A stretch of 64,000 nucleotides of DNA from Candidatus Nanoarchaeia archaeon. GTDB taxonomy: Archaea > Nanobdellota > Nanobdellia > Woesearchaeales > UBA525. Shown one piece after another: positions 36,447 through 44,511 of this stretch. The translations under genes and the position numbers were made by a program. How positions within the stretch are numbered: position 1 is the stretch's first letter; the number at the start of each line of letters is the position of its first letter. The stretch is taken from assembly GCA_028279755.1 (NCBI GenBank), contig JANQNB010000023.1:13390-77389 (forward strand), given 5' to 3'. The notes beneath the pieces were generated by a model. It did no database searches, was not told the DNA's origin, and saw only the letters and a program-made list of their open reading frames with translations.

Positions 36447-36701
36447 CTACTCACAGCTGCAGATGCAGCGATTGCCGAGACTGACCGGATTGCCAGCATA
36501 GCTGACTACCGTCTTATCCTTTGAAGTGCAAAAGGCGTCACAGTCGCAACGCCCGTCCTCGTCACAGGGAAAGGTATCAGGACCGCAATCGAAACGATAG
36601 CGATCAAAACAGCCATTGTAATCAGCATCGCACACATGACTGTAACCAATGCCACCGCATGCTGTGAGTAGCAGCGTGACCATGAAGAGTATCTTTTTCA
36701 T
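36447..36701 (-). CDS. small Cys-rich lipoprotein (84 aa)
   Basis: MKKILFMVTLLLTACGG (lipobox) followed by 12 further Cys. Starts 2 nt after the stop of the upstream transporter gene. Confidence 0.6.
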   Translation of the reverse strand: MKKILFMVTLLLTACGGIGYSHVCDADYNGCFDRYRFDCGPDTFPCDEDGRCDCDAFCTSKDKTVVSYAGNPVSLGNRCICSCE

Positions 36702-36703
36702 TT

Positions 36704-38143
36704 TCACAACCGTTCCTTGTTCGCCATCGCGACGAGGATGAAGTAGAGTGGCGCGACGACAAGGACGAGACCGAGGCCGACGATGAGGAAGAGCATCTCC
36801 ATGCCGATGGTGTGCGCGAGCCACGCACCAACTGGAACGAGGATAAGATAGGGAAGCGCGACATAGAGCCCGAGGCTCATGAAATACTTCTTGCGCGTCT
36901 CTTCATCCATCAATTTGCGGGCGAGCAGTCCTTGCGCAAAGCCGACGATGGCAGCGCCGATCACGCTGAAGATCAACGCGGCCGCGACAGAAAGAATGTG
37001 CGCATTATAGACGAGCGTGAACGGCAATATCGCGGTCAGCAAGGTGCCGAAGACAAGCATCGGCGAGAGGCCAATACTGCGCTGCAGCTTTTTCGTAAAC
37101 CAGGGCCCCATGAAGCTCGTGACGATCGCGATGCCATACAAGACCGCGACGTTCAGGAAGCCGCCGAACACTTCTGTCTGGAAGCGCTGGTAGATGAACA
37201 GGCCGTAATAGCTCTGGCCGAGCACTTCAAGCAGGCCAGTCACGGTCGTTGCGAAGATGAGGAGCTTGATGTACCGGTTCTTGAACAGGGACTTCGCATG
37301 GACATGCAACGCCGAGCAATGCTCCTTGATGAAGCGGCCGAGGCCGTAGTGGCGTTCTTCACGCTGCCCTTTCAGCAGGGTGAGCAAATACCCTGAAATA
37401 ATAAAGGCGAAGGCCGTCACCTCGAAGGCGAGCAGGTAGCCGACCGGGTGGAAGGTCATACCCCAGAACTGGAAGCTGAACGCGGTCGTGTCTGGGAAAT
37501 AATCCAGGATCCACGCGCCGCCAAGCATGGCGATCATAGTGATGAGCACGCCGTACTTACCCATGCGGCGGAGCACACGTCCCATCTTTTCGCGCCGTAT
37601 CGTCTCCACGACAAGCTTGTTGTACAGGTCGCCATAGGTCACGACACCCAGGCCGGCGAGGAGCAGGCCGATGGCGAAGAGCCAGACGAATTCGCCACGG
37701 CGCGCAAAGGCCATGATGAGAAAGCTGAAGCCGAAGAGGATTCCCGCAGCTGAGATCGTGTTCTTGCTCACCTTGTGGACTTTCGCGTATTCCTGCATCA
37801 CTGCAGTGATGAGCATGCTGATGACTGTGCGGAGGCCGTTGAACAATCCCAGCAGGAACAGGCCCGCACCAGTCTGGAAGAAGAGGATATTGATGAATTG
37901 CGGAGCGGCAGCGCCATAGCCGACGCGATCGATGAACTCCCGCACTGCCAGCAATCGCGAATTATGCTTGTCGTTCTTGTCCTGGCGGTCGACATGCTCG
38001 TTGGTGACGTCGCGGAGCGCTTCGTCAACCTCATGCTCTGCAAAGCCTGATTCGATCAGATTCGTCCGGAGCTTTGCCGGGCTTTCCTTCTTCCCCAACC
38101 CCTCCTGCACTGCCTGCCGCAGCTTCTCATCCATGCCTGGCAA
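36704..38143 (-). CDS. MFS-type transporter with N-terminal cytoplasmic helical module
   Basis: 479 aa and about 12 TM helices. The N-terminus is LRQAVQEGLGKKESPAKLRTNLIESGFAEHEVDEALRD. Confidence 0.55.
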   Translation of the reverse strand: MPGMDEKLRQAVQEGLGKKESPAKLRTNLIESGFAEHEVDEALRDVTNEHVDRQDKNDKHNSRLLAVREFIDRVGYGAAAPQFINILFFQTGAGLFLLGLFNGLRTVISMLITAVMQEYAKVHKVSKNTISAAGILFGFSFLIMAFARRGEFVWLFAIGLLLAGLGVVTYGDLYNKLVVETIRREKMGRVLRRMGKYGVLITMIAMLGGAWILDYFPDTTAFSFQFWGMTFHPVGYLLAFEVTAFAFIISGYLLTLLKGQREERHYGLGRFIKEHCSALHVHAKSLFKNRYIKLLIFATTVTGLLEVLGQSYYGLFIYQRFQTEVFGGFLNVAVLYGIAIVTSFMGPWFTKKLQRSIGLSPMLVFGTLLTAILPFTLVYNAHILSVAAALIFSVIGAAIVGFAQGLLARKLMDEETRKKYFMSLGLYVALPYLILVPVGAWLAHTIGMEMLFLIVGLGLVLVVAPLYFILVAMANKERL

Positions 38144-38229
38144 CGCCGCGAAAGACGTTTATAAATTTATTGTCTCGTGTTTCTACCCAGGAACTGTACA
38201 AAAAGTTTAAATAGCTCCCGAGCGGCGGA

Positions 38230-39477
38230 GTGTTGATGTTCAGTTTCACGAAAAGCAGCCATCACCATAAGGGTCGGATTCTCCAGAAATGGGTGTTTGA
38301 TGCGAAAAGTCCGCTCTTGAGCAGCGCTGCAGCTGTCGACATCGACAAGGACGGTAAGAAGGAGATCGTCTTCGGCACCAAGGACGGCAAGGTCTTCTGC
38401 ATCGACGAAGAGTCGAACAAAAAGTGGGAGTATGACATCAAGGAGAAAGTGGGCGAGACCGAAAGTTTTTTCTACGACGCTGAGCGGATCGACAGCGTGC
38501 CGGCCACGCCGACGATCAAGGACCTGAACGGGGACGGCAAGCCAGAGATATTATTCGGCACAGAACTGGGCATCGTGTACTGCCTCTCGCACAACGGCAA
38601 GCTGCTCTGGCAATACCGCACCGAGGGTGCGGTGCGCGGCCGGATCATCGTCGAGGACGTAGACAACGATGGCCACGCGGAAGTGCTGTTCGGCTCGACC
38701 CAGGGCAAATTCATCATGCTCGACAACGCCGGCAAGGAACGCTATGTCATCGAAGTCGAGGGTGCGATCGAGAGTGAGCCTGCTGTCAGCACAGAAGGCG
38801 CGACGCAGATCATCTTCGGCACAGAGAAGGGCGAGCTCCACAGCTACAGCCCGTTGGGCAAGCAGCTCTGGACCTTTCCTGCGCAGGGCGCGATCAGGAG
38901 CAAGCCGGTCTTCGGCAAGCTCATGTCAAGCACTGATGTCGTGTTCGGCGACATGACCGGCATGCTGTATTGTATCGATCTCAAGGGCAACGAGCACTGG
39001 AAGTTCAAGACCGAGGGCGCGATCTACGGACGCGCGACCATCGCGGATCTGAACGCTGACGAGGCGAACGAGGTCGTGTTCGGCTCGTGCGACAACCGCG
39101 TGTACTGTTTAAGTCATCGTGGCGAGAAGATGTGGAGCTACGAGACCGACTTCTGGATCGTGACCAGCCCGATCGTGACCGATATCGACGACGACGGCGC
39201 GCTCGAGGTGGTGGTGGGCAGCTTTGATCACAATCTTTACATCCTGGACGGCGAAGGCGCGTACAATCTCGATTACATGCCAGGATTGTCAGGGGTCGCG
39301 CACCAGGCAGGCCATTACACGAGCGTCATGACCCAGGAGCCTGGCAAGCAGGTGGGCAAGCGCCTGTGGCAGATCCGCACGCAGGGCATGATCGTCGGAT
39401 GCGAGGAACTGGAGAAGGACAATATCATCGTCAACGTGAAAAGTGGTTATGTGGATGACATTACACATACCAAGTGA
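38230..39477 (+). CDS. PQQ-like / FG-GAP-type beta-propeller repeat protein
   Basis: Repeats of D(I/L/V)(D/N)xDGxxE(I/V)(V/L)FG(T/S)xxGx(V/I)xC(I/L) followed by WxY/F. The start is GTG 38230 or ATG 38236. Confidence 0.7.
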   Translation: MLMFSFTKSSHHHKGRILQKWVFDAKSPLLSSAAAVDIDKDGKKEIVFGTKDGKVFCIDEESNKKWEYDIKEKVGETESFFYDAERIDSVPATPTIKDLNGDGKPEILFGTELGIVYCLSHNGKLLWQYRTEGAVRGRIIVEDVDNDGHAEVLFGSTQGKFIMLDNAGKERYVIEVEGAIESEPAVSTEGATQIIFGTEKGELHSYSPLGKQLWTFPAQGAIRSKPVFGKLMSSTDVVFGDMTGMLYCIDLKGNEHWKFKTEGAIYGRATIADLNADEANEVVFGSCDNRVYCLSHRGEKMWSYETDFWIVTSPIVTDIDDDGALEVVVGSFDHNLYILDGEGAYNLDYMPGLSGVAHQAGHYTSVMTQEPGKQVGKRLWQIRTQGMIVGCEELEKDNIIVNVKSGYVDDITHTK

Positions 39478-39526
39478 AACATTTAAATACTAAGAGCTTT
39501 CAGGAGTATGAAAAGGAGTGTGAGGC

Positions 39527-40342
39527 ATGGCGGAATCCGTTGTTTCTGACAAGCACCAGATCAATCGCATCAAGATGCACGTCCAAGGTCTTGATGAGAA
39601 TATCCAGGGCGGGGTTCCTGAAGGCAATATCACGCTCGTTTCCGGCGCAGCAGGCACGATGAAGAGCAGCGTCTGCTTCAACGTGCTCTATCACGAGGCT
39701 GTAGCTGGCAAGAACAGCATCTACATCTCGCTCGAGCAGTCGGCTGAATCGCTCGTCAATCACATGATGAACATGGATTACGACATGCGCCGCATCAACC
39801 TCGTGATCATCAAGGAGCTTGCTGAACTGAAGACCCGGATGGCGGAATTACAGGACCAAACGCTCGGCAGCATGATTATCGTCGACATGGGCACGATCCG
39901 CAAGGAGATCCGCGACGTGAACACGGACAACAACAAGAGCTGGCTGAACGTGATCAAGAACGTGGTGAAGAAGATCCACACTGATGCAGGCTGCCCGCTC
40001 TTCGTGCTTGACTCGCTCAGCGCGCTCTACGTGCTCTCGCGCTTCGAGAACCCCAGAATCGAGCTGTTCTACATTTTTGAGTACCTGCGCGACATGCGCA
40101 TCACGAGCTTCCTGATTTCTGAGATGCCCCTGGATGGCAGCAAGTATTCTGAATATGAGATCGAGGATTTCCTCGCTGACGGCATCATCACCATCAGGCT
40201 GACGCCCTTCCGGCGCCAGGTCGTGCGCGAGATCGCGGTTGTGAAGATGCGCGCCACAGCGTGTAATAACGACATCTTCAGCCTTGAATTCCGGAACGGC
40301 CAGTTCCAGGCCCTCTACGGCGGCCAGAATCCCTTGCTTTAG
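39527..40342 (+). CDS. KaiC/RadA-like RecA-superfamily ATPase domain protein with atypical P-loop
   Basis: GLDENIQGGVPEGNITLVSGAAGTMKSS... The Walker A reads GAAGTMKS (Met where the consensus has Gly); FVLDS is Walker-B-like. Confidence 0.65.
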   Translation: MAESVVSDKHQINRIKMHVQGLDENIQGGVPEGNITLVSGAAGTMKSSVCFNVLYHEAVAGKNSIYISLEQSAESLVNHMMNMDYDMRRINLVIIKELAELKTRMAELQDQTLGSMIIVDMGTIRKEIRDVNTDNNKSWLNVIKNVVKKIHTDAGCPLFVLDSLSALYVLSRFENPRIELFYIFEYLRDMRITSFLISEMPLDGSKYSEYEIEDFLADGIITIRLTPFRRQVVREIAVVKMRATACNNDIFSLEFRNGQFQALYGGQNPLL

Positions 40343-40356
40343 ACCCTTTTCTATTA

Positions 40357-40564
40357 CCACGCTGCCTTGGCATAGAGACCAGGCGCGAATACGAGCGCAG
40401 CTCGTGATATGAGCGCCTGGGACATACCCGCGCAGAGCGCGGGATAAGTGCCGCAGCGTGGAGAGAGGTGCCATCACCGCGGCGCTCTCGCTACGCATGG
40501 TTCGCGAGTGTCTTCGCGAACCTGGGAACGCAGTGACCATGCCGCGCCAAGGCGGTGATGGCAC
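40357..40564. repeat. two adjacent GC-rich nested-hairpin elements (E3 40357-40461, E1 40468-40564); candidate structured ncRNA or MITE-like repeat
   Basis: Perfect pairings: CCACGCTGC/GCAGCGTGG (9 bp), CCAGGCGC/GCGCCTGG (8), CCCGCGC/GCGCGGG (7), GTGCCATCACCGC/GCGGTGATGGCAC (13), GCATGG/CCATGC and TTCGCGA/TCGCGAA. No plausible ORF. Confidence 0.55.
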
Positions 40565-40572
40565 GAGCGCCC

Positions 40573-40635
40573 AAAAGACCAAAATCCGTTCAAAATCAGA
40601 GAAATGCCCTGAAATCTAGAGAAAGCCTTATAAAC
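40573..40635 (+). promoter_or_regulatory. six phased A-tracts followed by a TATA box (CTTATAAAC, 40627-40635)
   Basis: A-tracts begin at 40573, 40581, 40592, 40602, 40612 and 40622 (about 10-bp period), directly upstream of the TATA-like box. Confidence 0.45.
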
Positions 40636-40827
40636 CTTTTATGCAATCACTATGGCTTAATGAACGACAGCAGTATGATCGGGATTCACAAGCGACTCGC
40701 CCTGTCATATCGCTGGCTCTTCTTCCCTTTTGCTCGCCCGGTGTACGCGTAAACCGTGTGTAACCGGGCGTCATGGGCTACAAAACTCAAAACTTCTTCT
40801 TTTTCCTCGACTCCACAGGTGAAAAAA

Positions 40828-41313
40828 ATGCAAGATCCGGCACCAGCGGCCCCTTCACGGAGGCCACCACTCACAGCAGTGCATCCGATCACTGGCTATA
40901 AATCCTCAAGCATCGAACAAGCAGTAGCTGGGTACAATCGGGATGCCCAAGCACTTACTGACCAGATTACAGCAGGGGTACACAGTGCTGTGTGGGAAGA
41001 CCATAAGAGAGGATACCCACATATACGCATTGGCGACGAAGGCTACGATCTCAACGCAGCATTGGACGAGGTCTACCAAGCAGGAGTCGCGTCAGCGCAA
41101 GAGCTGCTACACCTAACCCAAGGAGCAGCTTCCAAAGCAGTGCAAGCAGCGATTGGTAAACAACTCCTCCACGAGATTGGACGAGTAGCTGGAGAAGCGC
41201 ATCCAGAAAGCGTCCATACAACGCTGGAAGACATGGCAGTGAGTTATGGAGTTCCTCGGATGCAGGTCCAGGCGACTCGAACTCGCGTGCTAGGTAATAT
41301 TGTGTGGATATGA
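40828..41313 (+). CDS. ORFan P1 (161 aa), Ala/Gln-rich, helical
   Basis: Start MQDPAPAAP, with AGGTGA 7 nt upstream. The stop overlaps the start of P2 (ATGA). Confidence 0.55.
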   Translation: MQDPAPAAPSRRPPLTAVHPITGYKSSSIEQAVAGYNRDAQALTDQITAGVHSAVWEDHKRGYPHIRIGDEGYDLNAALDEVYQAGVASAQELLHLTQGAASKAVQAAIGKQLLHEIGRVAGEAHPESVHTTLEDMAVSYGVPRMQVQATRTRVLGNIVWI

Positions 41314-41717
41314 TGCAACTCCAACAGGTATTGACGGTGGCGGGGCCGCTCGAGGCCCGCCTGCGGAACACGCCCACCACAGGGCAGCCATTGTTCGACG
41401 GCAACGGCCAGATCATCTGGGCCAGCGGTCCTGACACGAACGCGCGCATCGGCCAGATCGTGTTCGAACGTGTCAGCGAAGCCATCAGCGCGTGCGCCGT
41501 CGGCGAGGGCCGCCTCTATACCCGCTTGGAATCGTGCCTGAACACAGCGACGATAAACATCTTGACGCAATATCCTGAGGTCAAGCCTGCGGAAGCGCGC
41601 CGCATCGCGTTCGAGATGATCTGGCGCGGCATCAACCTGCTTCTCCGCTGGATCCCGCCAGGATTGCAGGCGACAATGGAGGCCCTGGCGAACTTCGCCC
41701 ACAGGACAGCAGGGTGA
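41310..41717 (+). CDS. ORFan P2 (135 aa), distant paralogue of P1 and P3
   Basis: ATG 41310 overlaps the P1 stop. Shares an N-x2-(L/I)-x-(E/Q)-(V/I)-(Y/V)-x3-V-x2-A segment with P1 and P3. Confidence 0.55.
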   Translation: MMQLQQVLTVAGPLEARLRNTPTTGQPLFDGNGQIIWASGPDTNARIGQIVFERVSEAISACAVGEGRLYTRLESCLNTATINILTQYPEVKPAEARRIAFEMIWRGINLLLRWIPPGLQATMEALANFAHRTAG

Positions 41718-41726
41718 TCTGAAGGT

Positions 41727-42218
41727 ATGACAATTCGATCCTATGTCGGAGCGCTGCCATCTGAACCAGACTGCACGCTATACGAGACCCAAATGCGAGA
41801 CATTGAAAAGCGAAATCCGCGCGGATTGGCGCATGTCGAAACAAAAGTGCGTCGTGGCCTGGCCGGGCATCTCTGTGGTCGTCTGGGGAATGGCAAGCCT
41901 ATCGATGTCAAATTCTTAGCAGGACAATATCAAAACGGCGTGGCACTCATGCAGCAACGCACAGGAGTAAACACGAATATCGCTGAGGTGTACGTGCTCA
42001 GAGTCGTGCAGGAAGCGGTCGAGACCGCAGCGATGAACGTGATGGCAAATAATTCCCACCTTGACGGATTTGCTGACTTGGCGCAACGAGTCATTGAGAA
42101 GCTCATGCCGCTTGTCGGGACGCCATACGCTGCCGCTGTCACACTGACTCGCGTACAGGACCTTGCAGACCATCTACGACAACCTTTAAGAGTCGTGCCA
42201 GATCACTCTGACGCATGA
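41727..42218 (+). CDS. ORFan P3 (163 aa), distant paralogue of P1 and P2
   Basis: GAAGGT upstream. The stop overlaps the HAD gene start (ATGA at 42215-42218). Confidence 0.55.
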   Translation: MTIRSYVGALPSEPDCTLYETQMRDIEKRNPRGLAHVETKVRRGLAGHLCGRLGNGKPIDVKFLAGQYQNGVALMQQRTGVNTNIAEVYVLRVVQEAVETAAMNVMANNSHLDGFADLAQRVIEKLMPLVGTPYAAAVTLTRVQDLADHLRQPLRVVPDHSDA

Positions 42219-42865
42219 AACTCGTCTGTTTCGATCTCGATGGCACCCTGATCGATGAGTTTGAAGGTCATGAGTACTGGGGCACCTTGCACCGTACTAT
42301 CGAGGGTGAGGTAGGCCAGCGCAAGAATCTCCAGCGCATGGCTGACTACAAGGCTGGCAAGATCTCATATCGGGACTGGGTCGATCTTGATCTTGGCGAC
42401 TTCCAGAAGCTGGGCGCGACGAAAGCCGACTTCGAGAAAGCGGCACAGAAGCACGCGCTCTTCCCTGGCGCGAAAGAAGCGGTTCGAGAACTGCACGCGC
42501 GCGGGTACAAGCTCGCAGTGATCAGCGGCAGCCTGAACATCTTCATTGATTTTCTATTTCCTGATCATCCCTTTGATGACGTGTTCGCGAATGAAGTGTG
42601 GTTTGACGACGAAGGAAAGATTGCCGGATGGAAAGATACGGTGTACGAGGACGGTGCGAAGCATAAGGCCTTGCGGATGATCTGCGAACGCGAAGGGATT
42701 GACATCAAGGACAGCGTGTTCGTCGGCAACTATGACAACGACATCGACGCGATGGAAGCGGCCGGGTTCGCGATCGCCTTCTTGCCGAAGAGCGAGGGAG
42801 TGCGCGCGGTTGCTGACGTCGTCATCGAGAAGAAGGACGTACGAGAAATTCTCAAGCACATTTAG
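42215..42865 (+). CDS. HAD-superfamily phosphatase, phosphoserine-phosphatase-like (HAD-IB)
   Basis: VCFDLDGTLID (motif I), ISGS (motif II region), GNYDNDIDAMEAAG (motif IV). Confidence 0.75.
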   Translation: MKLVCFDLDGTLIDEFEGHEYWGTLHRTIEGEVGQRKNLQRMADYKAGKISYRDWVDLDLGDFQKLGATKADFEKAAQKHALFPGAKEAVRELHARGYKLAVISGSLNIFIDFLFPDHPFDDVFANEVWFDDEGKIAGWKDTVYEDGAKHKALRMICEREGIDIKDSVFVGNYDNDIDAMEAAGFAIAFLPKSEGVRAVADVVIEKKDVREILKHI

Positions 42866-42870
42866 TGCAA

Positions 42871-42961
42871 GGCTGTCGCGGCGCTTGTCGCTTCTGCATC
42901 AGAAGTGCGTCAGATTCGGTGAGTCTGACCGGGTACCACTAACCGCGCCAAGGCGACAGCC
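42871..42961. repeat. third copy (E2) of the GC-rich hairpin element, filling the convergent intergenic gap
   Basis: GGCTGTCGC-GGCGC-...-GCGCC-AAG-GCGACAGCC has the same outer architecture as E1 (X-GGCGC...GCGCC-AAG-X'). Inner hairpins are CTTCTG/CAGAAG and GTCAGA/TCTGAC. Confidence 0.55.
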
Positions 42962-43269
42962 TAATCTTCTAACAATTTTGCGCTGCTGATATTGTCAGCC
43001 AGAACGATCGTTTCCTTCGCGCAGAACGGGCAGCGCTTGGGCGTGATGTTCGCGCGCGAGAAGGTGAAGCCGCACGAGGTGCAGGCATAGCCGGTCTTGC
43101 TCAACGGCGGGCTCGCGTCGTAACGCATCGCGTCCGCGTGCTCCTGGACCGTGAGGCCGCGGCATTGCATGCAGACGAGCGTGCTGCCGTCTTTCGCGTA
43201 CTTCATATCACCCAGCGGCACTTGTTGGAGACACCTGCCGCATTTCATCAGCATGGCATCCTTGTCCAT
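42961..43269 (-). CDS. double zinc-ribbon protein (102 aa)
   Basis: Start MDKDAMLMK. Four CxxC pairs: CGRC...CMQC and CTSC...CPFC. Confidence 0.6.
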   Translation of the reverse strand: MDKDAMLMKCGRCLQQVPLGDMKYAKDGSTLVCMQCRGLTVQEHADAMRYDASPPLSKTGYACTSCGFTFSRANITPKRCPFCAKETIVLADNISSAKLLED

Positions 43270-43357
43270 AGGAGAGGTAAGGGAAAGCAAGTATTTAATG
43301 ATTCTCCTCGAAAAATATAAAACAGGGAGTTTCTCAATCAGGGTGAGAGGTGAGGCA

Positions 43358-44428
43358 GTGAACAAAGCAGGCGGTCCGGTATCGAAGCAGGAACTCATCG
43401 ATCAGCACATGGCGATTCTGCGGGGCCTGCAATACGAGTCAGGGCTGTTCGCAGCCTCGCGCAAGGATGTCGATACTGGCTATGACAAGAGCTGGCTGCG
43501 CGACAATTTCTATGAATGCCTCGCCTTTGAGGTGCTTGGCGAGTGGGAGGTCGTGCGCAAGACGTATCGCGCGCTCTTGGACGTGTTCAAGAAGTACGAG
43601 GAGAAGATCGACTGGGCGATCACGCACAAGCCGACAGAGCGCTGGCAGTATATCCACGCGCGCGTGCATCCTGAGACGTTCGAGGAATTCTGGGAGGACT
43701 GGGGGAATAAGCAGAACGATTCGGTTGCTGCGATATTATGGCGGGTCGGCGAGCTGGAGAAAGCCGGTTTTTCCGTGCTTGAGAGCGAGGATGACCGTCG
43801 GATCGTGCAGAAACTCGTGCAATACCTGGCCACGATCGAGTACTGGCATGATTTCGATTCGGGCATGTGGGAAGAGAGCGAGGAAGTGCACGCTTCTTCT
43901 ATCGGTGCGTGCGTCGCCGGCCTGCAGGCGGTGAAAGCCATCGGTTTCGACGTGCCGGAAGACCTGATCAAGAACGGGAAAGCAACATTGCGCCAAATGC
44001 TGCCGCGCGAGAGCGCGACCAAGTTTGTGGACCTGGCCTTGTTGAGCCTGATCTGGCCGTACCGGGTCGTGACAGTGAAGGAACGGGACGCGATCCTGAA
44101 GAATGTCGAATATTTATTGCTACGGCGGAAAGGCGTGATCCGGTACAAGAACGACCACTACTACAACAAGAACGAGGACGGATATTCCGAAGAAGCGGAG
44201 TGGTGCTTCGGCCTGTCCTGGCTGGCGATCATCTACGAGCAGCTCGGCAAGAAGCGCAAGACCAAGAAATTCGTCAAGGCCATGATCGAGACGCAGGATG
44301 ATGAAGGCTTTATCCCGGAATTGTATTATTCCAATACTGAAGAGCCGAACGACAACGCTCCGCTGGGCTGGGCGGAAAGCTTGTTCGTCGTCGCCTTGCA
44401 CAAGGTGAATGAGAAGCTGTTGGAGTGA
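43358..44428 (+). CDS. glycoside hydrolase family 15-like (glucoamylase / phosphorylase-kinase alpha-beta type) protein
   Basis: SWLRDNFY, GNKQNDSVAAILW, DSGMWEESEEVHASSIGA and LGWAESLFVVA motifs. Proposed GTG start at 43358 follows GGTGAG and a TATA (AAAAATATAAAA); ATG 43298 is the alternative. Confidence 0.7.
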   Translation: MNKAGGPVSKQELIDQHMAILRGLQYESGLFAASRKDVDTGYDKSWLRDNFYECLAFEVLGEWEVVRKTYRALLDVFKKYEEKIDWAITHKPTERWQYIHARVHPETFEEFWEDWGNKQNDSVAAILWRVGELEKAGFSVLESEDDRRIVQKLVQYLATIEYWHDFDSGMWEESEEVHASSIGACVAGLQAVKAIGFDVPEDLIKNGKATLRQMLPRESATKFVDLALLSLIWPYRVVTVKERDAILKNVEYLLLRRKGVIRYKNDHYYNKNEDGYSEEAEWCFGLSWLAIIYEQLGKKRKTKKFVKAMIETQDDEGFIPELYYSNTEEPNDNAPLGWAESLFVVALHKVNEKLLE

Positions 44429-44511
44429 TTCGTCACTACTCTTTGACGAAAAATGTAGGACAAAATTTATAATTCTCACATCTTTCCGCCGTCGACAACG
44501 GAGGGGGTAGT

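Noticed and set aside
40357-40564. Intron-containing, split or permuted tRNA, 5S rRNA, H/ACA or C/D sRNA, integron attC, or canonical BHB intron
   Set aside because: One arm carries a CTCATA loop with an intron-like hairpin, but no T-arm (GTTCRAnYC) or D-arm can be built on either strand. No 5S loop C/E motifs are present. There is no ACA box after the hairpin and no C/D boxes near the ends. The ends lack RYYYAAC/GTTRRRY. Only one 3-nt bulge (AAG) flanks the 4-5-bp helix; the opposite strand has 9-nt or unpaired regions instead of the second BHB bulge.
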